From IMG/VR virus record IMGVR_UViG_3300030085_002431, positions 62,001 to 126,000 of that record: a DNA stretch of 64,000 nucleotides; one strand, written 5' to 3'. Position 1 is the stretch's first letter. Every line of letters begins with the position of its first letter. This document shows positions 56,262-64,000 of the stretch, piece by piece. The position numbers and the translations under genes are program-made. The notes below the pieces were generated by a model. That model ran no database searches. It was not told the origin of the DNA and was given only the letters and a program-made list of their open reading frames with translations.

Positions 56262-58652
56262 ATGCCAACTACTGATATACGCAGTGGAATCAATGAACGT
56301 CTCCTTTATACATTAGGAAAAAGACCAGAGGATGCCACTGTAAATGATGTATATAAAGCATTATGCTATGCCGTAAGGGATAGAATGGTTTCCGATTATC
56401 TTGAAGAGAAACCAGCACAGAAAGAAGTTGCATATCTCTCTGCTGAGTTCTTGATTGGACCTCAGTTAGGAAATAATCTTTTCAATCTAGATATACAGAA
56501 AGAAGCAGAGACTGCGGTAAAAGAATACGGATATACCCTTGATGATGTCTTAGAGGAGGCATGTGAACCTGGACTAGGAAATGGTGGTCTGGGTCGTCTT
56601 GCTGCTTGCTACATTGAGTCCTTGTCAACTCTCAAGGTTCCTGCAGTTGGATATGGAATCCGATATAAGTATGGTATTTTTAAACAGAGTATCAAAGATA
56701 ACAAGCAGGTAGAAGTAACGGATAACTGGTTACATGGTGATTGGCCATGGGAACTTTGCTATCCTGACCAGTCGGTTACAGTCTCATTTGGTGGGAAGGT
56801 AGAGCACTACACTTCAGATAAGAATAACTACAGAACTCGTTGGGTTCCTGAAGAGCAAGTAGTTGCTGTCCCTTATGATGTTTTGCAGGCAGGATATAAG
56901 GTCAATAAGTGCAATAAACTTAGACTATGGAGAGCAGATGCTATTGATGTATTTGATTATTCTGCTTTCAATAGTGGGGATTACTTTGGTTCAGTTGAAA
57001 ATAGAGTAGCATCAGAAACTATCTCTAAGGTTCTTTATCCAAATGATGAAACTACACAGGGAAAAGAACTGAGACTCAAGCAACAGTTCTTCTTTGTTAG
57101 TGCTTCTATCCAAGATATGGTAAGAAGTCTCAAGGAAAGAAATCTACCACTGGAAGATTTCCATGAGCATTATCAAGTTCAATTAAATGATACCCACCCA
57201 TCAGTTGCAGTTGCTGAACTGATGAGAATTCTCACTGATGAGAATCATATGGATTGGGATTTGGCATGGGATATCACAAACAAGTCTATTGCATATACAA
57301 ACCATACACTACTTCCAGAGGCACTGGAGAAGTGGGACCTAACCTTGTTTGGTAACTTACTCCCAAGGCACCTAGAAATAATCTATGAAATCAATCATAG
57401 GTTCTTGCAGATTGTTCGACTGAGATATCCTGGTGATGATGATATGCTTAGAAAGTTGTCCATCATTGACGAGTCTGGAAAACGTTCAGTTCGGATGGCA
57501 CACCTTGCAACAGTTGGGTCTCATCATGTGAATGGTGTTGCAGAAATCCATTCTGATTTGGTGAAGACAAAACTAATGCCAGAGTTCTATGCTCTTTGGC
57601 CTCACAAGTTTACTAATGTTACTAATGGTGTGACACCACGTCGATGGTTGGCATGTTCAAATCCAGACCTAGCAAAAGTTCTTAATCACTATGTTGGACC
57701 TGAGTGGGTATCAGATACTAGTCTCTTAAGTCACTTGGAAAATCATGTTGATGATAGTGAACTTCTAGAGAAACTAAACTTAACAAAACTAGAGGGAAAA
57801 CGTAAACTGTCTCGATATATACAAAACACACTTGGTATATCGGTTGATCCGACAAGTATGTTTGACGTACAGGTAAAGAGGATTCATGAGTACAAACGAC
57901 AGCATCTCCTTGCTTTATGGATTGTTAGTAGGTATATGTACATTAAGAATCACAAAGACGATTATGTTGTTCCTCGTACAATAATCTTTGGTGGTAAGGC
58001 AGCACCTGGATATTGGATGGCAAAACTAATCATCCAATTTATTTGCAACCTTGCCGAGACAATCAATTCCGACCCAGACATGGATGGAAAGTTGCGTGTT
58101 GTATTCTTACCTAACTACAGTGTTAAGTTGGGTGAGAAGGTTTATCCTGCTGCAGATTTGTCGGAGCAAATTTCTACTGCTGGTAAGGAAGCATCTGGTA
58201 CTGGTAATATGAAGTTCCAAATGAACGGTGCTTTAACTATTGGAACACTTGATGGTGCAAACGTTGAGATTAGGGACCTTGTAGGTGAAGAAAACTTCTT
58301 CTTGTTTGGTAACACTGAACCAGAGATTGAAGAACTTTGGAAGAATGGATATAATCCTAAACTCTTTATGAGTGCTGGATTGTTTAATTCTCTTGAACTT
58401 ATTTCCTCAGGTCATTTCTCCAATGGTGATAAAGAAGTATTCAAACCTCTGGTCTTGGATATCATGAACAAAGACCCATTCTGTGTTGCTGCTGACTTTG
58501 ATGATTATTGTCGTGCTCAAAGTGTAGTAGATACATGTTGGGGTAATAGAGAAGAGTGGAATAAAAAAGCACTCATTAATATTGCACGTTCTGGTTTCTT
58601 TTCTTCTGATAGGTCTATTGAAGACTACTGTGATAATATCTGGAAGATGTAG
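56262..58652 (+). CDS. glgP: Glycogen/alpha-glucan phosphorylase (GT35, PLP-dependent)
   Basis: YLSAEFLIG, GLGNGGLGRLAAC, ELRLKQQFF, QLNDTHP, YTNHTLLPEALE, VKRIHEYKRQ, EASGTGNMK (PLP lysine), TLDGANVE, FSSDRSI. Confidence 0.97.
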   Translation: MPTTDIRSGINERLLYTLGKRPEDATVNDVYKALCYAVRDRMVSDYLEEKPAQKEVAYLSAEFLIGPQLGNNLFNLDIQKEAETAVKEYGYTLDDVLEEACEPGLGNGGLGRLAACYIESLSTLKVPAVGYGIRYKYGIFKQSIKDNKQVEVTDNWLHGDWPWELCYPDQSVTVSFGGKVEHYTSDKNNYRTRWVPEEQVVAVPYDVLQAGYKVNKCNKLRLWRADAIDVFDYSAFNSGDYFGSVENRVASETISKVLYPNDETTQGKELRLKQQFFFVSASIQDMVRSLKERNLPLEDFHEHYQVQLNDTHPSVAVAELMRILTDENHMDWDLAWDITNKSIAYTNHTLLPEALEKWDLTLFGNLLPRHLEIIYEINHRFLQIVRLRYPGDDDMLRKLSIIDESGKRSVRMAHLATVGSHHVNGVAEIHSDLVKTKLMPEFYALWPHKFTNVTNGVTPRRWLACSNPDLAKVLNHYVGPEWVSDTSLLSHLENHVDDSELLEKLNLTKLEGKRKLSRYIQNTLGISVDPTSMFDVQVKRIHEYKRQHLLALWIVSRYMYIKNHKDDYVVPRTIIFGGKAAPGYWMAKLIIQFICNLAETINSDPDMDGKLRVVFLPNYSVKLGEKVYPAADLSEQISTAGKEASGTGNMKFQMNGALTIGTLDGANVEIRDLVGEENFFLFGNTEPEIEELWKNGYNPKLFMSAGLFNSLELISSGHFSNGDKEVFKPLVLDIMNKDPFCVAADFDDYCRAQSVVDTCWGNREEWNKKALINIARSGFFSSDRSIEDYCDNIWKM

Positions 58653-58656
58653 TCAT

Positions 58657-58686
58657 AGGGGGCATTGCCCCCTTTTTTTATAAATA
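58657..58686 (+). terminator. Terminator after glgP, followed immediately by late promoter TATAAATA
   Basis: AGGGGGCA-T-TGCCCCCT plus a T run; TATAAATA at 58679-58686. Confidence 0.75.
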
Positions 58687-58706
58687 AAAGAAACTGTGTC
58701 CATAAG

Positions 58707-61388
58707 ATGTCAAATATAGATGACGTAAAAAATCTGTATGAGGGAATTGCGGCAGAAGCATATAAAATGCCTGATCGAGTTGACCCAGCAGATATTAGAA
58801 AAGCACAACGTGCAAAGAAAGTAAGAAACCTTGCAACCGATGGTGCTACTGAAGGTGAAAGGGCAGCAGCAGAAAGAAAGACTAAAGGTCCTAAGATGTT
58901 TGGTGAAGGTAAGTACTCCAACTCTGAGACTTATGTAAAGGGTACTGCACCAGTTAGAGCAACTTATGGTGGGAAAACTGAATCTTTTCCTAAAGAAACT
59001 TATAAGAAGAAATCAAAAAAGAACGTAACTGAAGATACTTGTCCAGTTTGTGGGTTTGATCCATGCCAGTGCCTAGAAGGTACTTTGGTTGAGAAGAAGA
59101 AAGATTGTGTCAAGGCAGACAAAAAGACCATGCACAATTGTGCTAAGAAAGTCTGCTCTGAGCAGTGGGGTGTTGGTGAGTGCATCTATGGACAACATGC
59201 TGTCCCTGATGCTGAAGGTAACGTCGCATGGTATGACGTATTGTTCGAGCATGGCATCGAGAAAGGTGTAGATATCTCGACACTGGAAGTCCTGGAAGAA
59301 GGTTCACATAATGAGCATGTTGAGCACAGTGCTGAACTCACTGAAAAGAAGAAAGATGAGGCAAATATTGGTGGTGGCAACCTAAAGAAACTTGCTAAGA
59401 AAGCAACTAAGAGAGTTGACTCCAATGTAGATGGCACTGTAAACAGCAGTGACATGAAGGATTCTGATGTCGGTGAGTTTGTACCTGGACCAACTGGTGG
59501 CAAGGTAAAGACTAAGGCAAGATTTGAGAACTGGAGAAGTGATATGCATCCTCTCGTTGAGAGGACTATGACTGCTAAAGATAAGAAGAAAGAAGACCGT
59601 CTCAAGGATAAGTATGATGATTCTGAGATGAAGCAGAATATGATTGATAAGTACGGAAAGGAAGAAGGTGAAAAGATTTATTATGCAACAATCCGTAAGC
59701 AGGCAATGAAGGAGGAGATTGATAAGAGAAGAGCACCAGCAGAGCTGGTTTCTAGACTGAGTGCGAAACGTGAAGGTCACATGGCACAGGATGGACCTAA
59801 CAAAGCAGCATATGATGCTAAGCAGAGACTCCTTGCTAAGTCAAAAGCAAAAAGAGTTGATGAAGCAAAGTTCTTCCCTAATGCAGAAGACCCATTTGGT
59901 GCAACTGATAGACTTAAGAAGGTAAAACGTCCTGGCACAATCAAAAACAAAGGTGCTGGATATAAGGAGGGACAATCACTCAAGCACACTATCTTGAAGA
60001 AAGAAGGTCGCAAGGGTAAGGAAGGTATTGAATCTGCTGTTACAAGTCAAAAAGATAAACTAAGACAAAGAGGAAGACTTGCTGTTCCAACTCCTAAAGC
60101 CGTTTCTGATATGAGAAAGGCAAGTCTTGAAAAGTCTATGAGTAAAAAATCAAAGACTCCAGACCATGAGACTACTAGAGCAAAACTTGATAAGTCTCTG
60201 AAGTCTAAGTTGGGTGGTGACAGCAAGATGCAAAAGGCAGCAGATGATATTCTGTCTAGGGCAGCAAAAGATTCGGCAGTTGGTCCAGAATCTAAAGCAG
60301 CAGCATCTAGAGTCTTTAGTGGAAATATCAGTGGTAAGGGTGAAGAGAAACTAGTTGGTGGTGGTAAGCAACCAACTAAGAGACAGAGAGCAAAACTCAA
60401 TATGAGCAGAGACCTTGCGAAAGCAGGTGTTTCAATGAAAAAGGAACCATCCAAGAAAGTTAGTAGAAAACTTGAAAATACAACAGCAGGTGGTCCAGTA
60501 AAAGTTGTTAAAGCAGCACAAGATAAAAACAATAGTCCAAAGAAAGACAAAAGGTCTGAACCAAAGAGAAAAATCAAAAAGTCTCTTGGTGAGGAATACC
60601 TTGCACTCTATGGAGATGTGATTGCAGCACTTCTCGATTCCGAGTATGCAATCAACGAAGAGTCTGCAAACAATCTATTTGATTGCATGACTGAGGATGC
60701 TCTTACTGTAATCACTGAGCAGTATCTAGAGGAAAAAGCAAGAGGCACTAGAAAGAAATCTACTGCACACATCTATGATATGGACGAGACTCTTTATGGT
60801 CATGACCACTCTAAGGTAAGAGTCCACGTCAATGATAAGTCTGGTAAGAGAATTCAGAGTCTGAGCAATCAGGAGTTCAATACTCACAAACTAGATAAAG
60901 CTAAGGGTCATAAGTATGACTTCTCCGAGTTCGGTAGTTCAAAGACTTTCCAAAAGTCTGCGAAACCACTCAAGAAGATGATTAAGCATATGAAGAGACA
61001 GAAGGCAAGAGGATATGATACCCATATCGTCACTGCACGTTCTGACTTTGATGATAAGAAGCATCTTGCAAAGCAGCTCAATAAGCATGGTGTTGACATC
61101 ACACCAAATAAGAAAGGGACACACACTCACCTACACCGTTCTGGTAATGAAGAGGGTGATGATGTAGGTAAGAAGAAGCAAAGAGTTCTTTCAAGACTTG
61201 CTAAGAGACATGGGTACAAAAAAATCCACATGTACGATGATGCCGAGAAAGTCCATAAGGCAACTCATGGAAAGACTCCTGGCACTAAAGTCAAAGGACA
61301 TATGGTAAAACCAAATAAAAAAGGTGAGGTTACTTCCCGTCCTTACAAACCTACCAAACCTGGAACTGGTAGAAATAACAACAAATGA
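58707..61388 (+). CDS. Large modular late protein with a C-terminal HAD-family phosphatase domain; putative internal head polyprotein
   Basis: ATG at 58707 follows the late promoter; basic modules are separated by hydrophobic-x-Glu sites; HAD motifs DMDET, IVTAR, K, YDD. Confidence 0.65.
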   Translation: MSNIDDVKNLYEGIAAEAYKMPDRVDPADIRKAQRAKKVRNLATDGATEGERAAAERKTKGPKMFGEGKYSNSETYVKGTAPVRATYGGKTESFPKETYKKKSKKNVTEDTCPVCGFDPCQCLEGTLVEKKKDCVKADKKTMHNCAKKVCSEQWGVGECIYGQHAVPDAEGNVAWYDVLFEHGIEKGVDISTLEVLEEGSHNEHVEHSAELTEKKKDEANIGGGNLKKLAKKATKRVDSNVDGTVNSSDMKDSDVGEFVPGPTGGKVKTKARFENWRSDMHPLVERTMTAKDKKKEDRLKDKYDDSEMKQNMIDKYGKEEGEKIYYATIRKQAMKEEIDKRRAPAELVSRLSAKREGHMAQDGPNKAAYDAKQRLLAKSKAKRVDEAKFFPNAEDPFGATDRLKKVKRPGTIKNKGAGYKEGQSLKHTILKKEGRKGKEGIESAVTSQKDKLRQRGRLAVPTPKAVSDMRKASLEKSMSKKSKTPDHETTRAKLDKSLKSKLGGDSKMQKAADDILSRAAKDSAVGPESKAAASRVFSGNISGKGEEKLVGGGKQPTKRQRAKLNMSRDLAKAGVSMKKEPSKKVSRKLENTTAGGPVKVVKAAQDKNNSPKKDKRSEPKRKIKKSLGEEYLALYGDVIAALLDSEYAINEESANNLFDCMTEDALTVITEQYLEEKARGTRKKSTAHIYDMDETLYGHDHSKVRVHVNDKSGKRIQSLSNQEFNTHKLDKAKGHKYDFSEFGSSKTFQKSAKPLKKMIKHMKRQKARGYDTHIVTARSDFDDKKHLAKQLNKHGVDITPNKKGTHTHLHRSGNEEGDDVGKKKQRVLSRLAKRHGYKKIHMYDDAEKVHKATHGKTPGTKVKGHMVKPNKKGEVTSRPYKPTKPGTGRNNNK

Positions 61389-61480
61389 CTTGTCCCAAGT
61401 GGCAGAACCCTCTCTGCCACTGAGAATAAATAAACGATAAATATAATTATAACGAAGGTAAAATCCACTACCCTAGAAAG

Positions 61481-62818
61481 ATGAATAGAGAAGACTTAGG
61501 TGCGCTGAAAAATTTGTATGAAGGATTGCAATCATCTCCTTCATCCGAGACAGATAAACCAACAGTAACCAAAACAATCACAACTGGGTTGGACATTTAC
61601 GAGTCCCAAATCCAAAATACAACTACTGAAGAAACTGCATCTAATGTGCTTTCTGAGGAAGTAGAAACTGTGACAAAAATTACAGCATCTACACCTTCAA
61701 CAACTCCTTTAAAGAATACTACAGGAACCTTCTCTGAGGCATCATGGGGAACCATGTCCACAGTTAAGGATATCGCAGATATCTATTCTAATCTATACGA
61801 GAAGAAAGATCAAGATAAAGATGGTGATAATGACTTTGATGATGTTCGCATTGCGAGAATGATTGCTTCTGGCATGTCCAGAGAAGAAGCAATGAAGAAA
61901 GTCAAGGAAGATCCTAAAGGTGATGAAGTAAAGGAAGAGACCGAGACTGTAGATGAAGTCTACAAGGGTAAGCACGGTCAATCTGATAAAGAGTATGCTG
62001 CTTCCCGTTCACAGGGTGGCAAGATGATTTCTGGTGATGACAAGATGAGTGGTGCTGAATACACTCACGGTCGTAGAGTCAAGGCAGCAAACCCTGGAAT
62101 GCAACCTGATGTAGGTGGCAAGACCAAGCCCAAGTCCCAGGGTAAAATGGACAGAGGTACAAAAGCAGACCTCATGTACCGCAAAGCAAATCTTAAGAAA
62201 GCAAACGAGGAAACTGAAATGGCAAATGAGTACGAAGTCTACAATGTAGTCTCCACTTATCTTCTGGAGAACAACTTTGCAGAATCACAAGAAGGTGCTG
62301 ATGCAATCATCGAGAACATGAGTTCTGAGTGGGTAGAGCAAGTTATCGAAGAGTACAACGAGTATGTAGATGAGTACAACCTCTTCCTTGAGGAACTCGA
62401 TGCAGTTGGTGTAGACCTCGATGAGTGGACCGATGAGGAACTAGAAGAAGCATACAAGAAGCTTCCATTCCGCAAGATGGTCAAGCAGGCAAAGAAGACT
62501 GGTAAGTCCCTCGACGACGTTATGAAGGTCTCCCAGAGCCACAACCCATCCAGAGTAAAGGGTCGTTCTGAAGCAAACAAGATGGCAGGTGCTATCACTG
62601 GAGGACGTGCAGCAGACCGTAACCCACCAAAGGCAGATAAGTCTAAGGACGAGCCAGGTGGATATGGTGATATGTCCAAGTACACTGGTGACATCTATGC
62701 TAAGAAGTTCAAGCCAGGTAAGACAGTTCCTAAGGTAATGAAGTTCGGCAGACCTTTCGGTAAGTACAAGCCAAGAAGCATCAAGTTCGATGACATCAAG
62801 AAGCAAGGTCTCGATTGA
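61481..62818 (+). CDS. Modular late protein, putative internal head protein
   Basis: TAAATA at 61427 and 61438; KNLYEG N-terminal motif shared with the upstream gene; alternating acidic and basic blocks. Confidence 0.6.
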   Translation: MNREDLGALKNLYEGLQSSPSSETDKPTVTKTITTGLDIYESQIQNTTTEETASNVLSEEVETVTKITASTPSTTPLKNTTGTFSEASWGTMSTVKDIADIYSNLYEKKDQDKDGDNDFDDVRIARMIASGMSREEAMKKVKEDPKGDEVKEETETVDEVYKGKHGQSDKEYAASRSQGGKMISGDDKMSGAEYTHGRRVKAANPGMQPDVGGKTKPKSQGKMDRGTKADLMYRKANLKKANEETEMANEYEVYNVVSTYLLENNFAESQEGADAIIENMSSEWVEQVIEEYNEYVDEYNLFLEELDAVGVDLDEWTDEELEEAYKKLPFRKMVKQAKKTGKSLDDVMKVSQSHNPSRVKGRSEANKMAGAITGGRAADRNPPKADKSKDEPGGYGDMSKYTGDIYAKKFKPGKTVPKVMKFGRPFGKYKPRSIKFDDIKKQGLD

Positions 62819-62843
62819 GACTCAACTTAAAACTGTATCACAC

Positions 62844-62879
62844 GGCACCCTTGACAGGGTGCTTTTTTATGCCTAAAAT
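62844..62879 (+). promoter_or_regulatory. Fused terminator hairpin and sigma70 promoter
   Basis: GGCACCC-TTGACA-GGGTGCT plus a T run; TTGACA(62851)-N17-TAAAAT(62874). Confidence 0.8.
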
Positions 62880-62940
62880 GACTCTGTGGAGTTTCAAGGT
62901 TATATTGTAGCCCTAAATACTTCATAATACTTTTTATATA

Positions 62941-63381
62941 ATGAGTACTTATGAAAATCCTTGGGTGTTCTTGGAACGAGATTTTGATAGCTCTGATGTT
63001 GGGGACCACTTTGGGTTTGTGTACCTCATTACCAATCTCAAGAACCAACGACAGTACATTGGGAGAAAGTATTTTTGGTCGTTCCGAACCCCAAAAGGTA
63101 AGAAACGAAAAGTAAAGTCAGAGTCTGACTGGAAAAAATATTATGGTTCTTGTCCAGAACTAAAAGAGGATATAAAAAAGTTTGGTAAGGAAAATTTTCG
63201 TAGAGAAATTATATCTTTACATCAAACTAAAGGCAAAGTGAACTACGAAGAAACCAGACAACTCTTTGTGAACGGTGTGTTGACCGAATCTCTTGACGAT
63301 GGCACACCCAAATACTATAATAGTAATGTCCTAGGACGATATTATCGTAAAGATTACTTCAATGAACAGTCTGGAAACTGA
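62941..63381 (+). CDS. GIY-YIG family nuclease-like protein
   Basis: GFVYLITN....QYIGRK, YYGS, F.REI, E...Q, YYN.N. Confidence 0.8.
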   Translation: MSTYENPWVFLERDFDSSDVGDHFGFVYLITNLKNQRQYIGRKYFWSFRTPKGKKRKVKSESDWKKYYGSCPELKEDIKKFGKENFRREIISLHQTKGKVNYEETRQLFVNGVLTESLDDGTPKYYNSNVLGRYYRKDYFNEQSGN

Positions 63382-63556
63382 AATCATCTGCAACACTATC
63401 ATTCAAAGTCATATTGACAGAATGCATCAACTATGTGATGATAAAAAGTTCATGGAAGCAGAAAGTCTTTACATGGAAATTCAACAGTGGGTTATTGAAA
63501 AGGATAATTTAGACGTTCTAACTCTTCCTTTGATTCCTGCTTCTGAATTTGAATAA
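63362..63556 (+). CDS. Hypothetical protein
   Basis: 64-aa ORF overlapping the upstream stop. Confidence 0.5.
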   Translation: MNSLETEIICNTIIQSHIDRMHQLCDDKKFMEAESLYMEIQQWVIEKDNLDVLTLPLIPASEFE

Positions 63557-63557
63557 T

Positions 63558-63628
63558 GCGAGTGTGGTGTAGCGGTAACATGCGAGCCTTCCAAGCTCTT
63601 GTCACGGGTTCGATCCCCGTCACTCGCT
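63558..63628 (+). tRNA. tRNA-Gly (anticodon TCC), CCA not encoded
   Basis: Acceptor stem GCGAGTG/CACTCGC, anticodon loop CTTCCAA, T-arm ACGGG-TTCGATC-CCCGT. Confidence 0.93.
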
Positions 63629-63644
63629 TGATTAAAATAGAACA

Positions 63645-63893
63645 ATGACTACAGTAAGATGCAAAAATTGTAATGTAGAATTGACAAGTACTAGCAAAGT
63701 ACAATGTTGCGGATGCGACAACCAAATGATGATAGTTGATGATAAAATAGGAGCAGTGAATCTCGATTTAGTTGAGATAGTTAATACTTCCTATAAAAAA
63801 GAAGGTAAAAACGTTCTTAGCAATGAGGATTTACAGTACCAAGAATCAAGACGTACACGAAAAGTAAGAAGAATAGACTTTGAAGAAAAGTAA
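63645..63893 (+). CDS. Small zinc-binding hypothetical protein
   Basis: CKNC...CCGCDN. Confidence 0.65.
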   Translation: MTTVRCKNCNVELTSTSKVQCCGCDNQMMIVDDKIGAVNLDLVEIVNTSYKKEGKNVLSNEDLQYQESRRTRKVRRIDFEEK

Positions 63894-64000
63894 ATTTCTT
63901 AATTTTTACTTAATGAGTGTTACGGGATGAACACATTTATGGTCAAGTGAGGCACTAGTTATTATTATATAATAAGTATAACTTCACGGAGACTAACCAC

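Noticed and set aside
56262-58652. glgP (and ndhD) as host contamination or a prophage boundary
   Set aside because: Each is flanked directly by T4-like genes and phage promoters/terminators with no N-gap at the junctions, and base composition matches the phage; read mapping is still advisable.
61398-61421. Hairpin AGTGGCAGA/TCTGCCACT as an intrinsic terminator
   Set aside because: No T-tract follows, so its function cannot be assigned.
3328-62806. Numerous short minus-strand and off-frame ORFs in the track (e.g. 3328-3780, 21903-22265, 39144-39707, 60047-60577)
   Set aside because: They lie fully within well-supported + strand genes, have no RBS or recognisable motifs, and look like antisense shadows of biased codon usage.
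63917-63934. Short inverted repeat GTGTT-N8-AACAC near the window end
   Set aside because: The arms are only 5 bp and the downstream context is outside the window.

Overview
A 64-kb core-genome segment of a T4-like cyanomyovirus (Kyanoviridae-type), most likely infecting marine Synechococcus/Prochlorococcus. It is a scaffold with two 10-N gaps (40448-40457 in gp43; 53439-53448 in nrdA), so long-range linkage needs confirming. Almost all genes are on the + strand. In order: a truncated hldD-like epimerase (- strand), fibre-like virion proteins, the neck/terminase/tail/head module (gp13-gp23, gp3), the recombination/replication module (uvsY, uvsW, gp55, gp47, gp46, gp45, gp44, gp62, regA, gp43, uvsX, gp41, gp61, nrdAB), hsp20, mazG, four 2OG-Fe(II) oxygenase-like genes, a GIY-YIG nuclease and tRNA-Gly(TCC). 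Main points of interest: (1) an intact glycogen phosphorylase (glgP) and a cyanobacterial NDH-1 subunit (ndhD), plus an unannotated 58-aa NblA-like ORF between gp16 and gp17, which together suggest mobilisation of host carbon and nitrogen reserves; (2) a set of late-promoter proteins with T4 capsid-targeting-like N-termini and modular blocks separated by gp21-type Glu sites, one ending in a complete HAD phosphatase, which may be an injected polyprotein payload; (3) recurrent hairpins that fuse a terminator with an early or late promoter, and a candidate small RNA; (4) a greatly expanded gp14 neck protein. All family calls come from motif recognition by eye; no searches were run.
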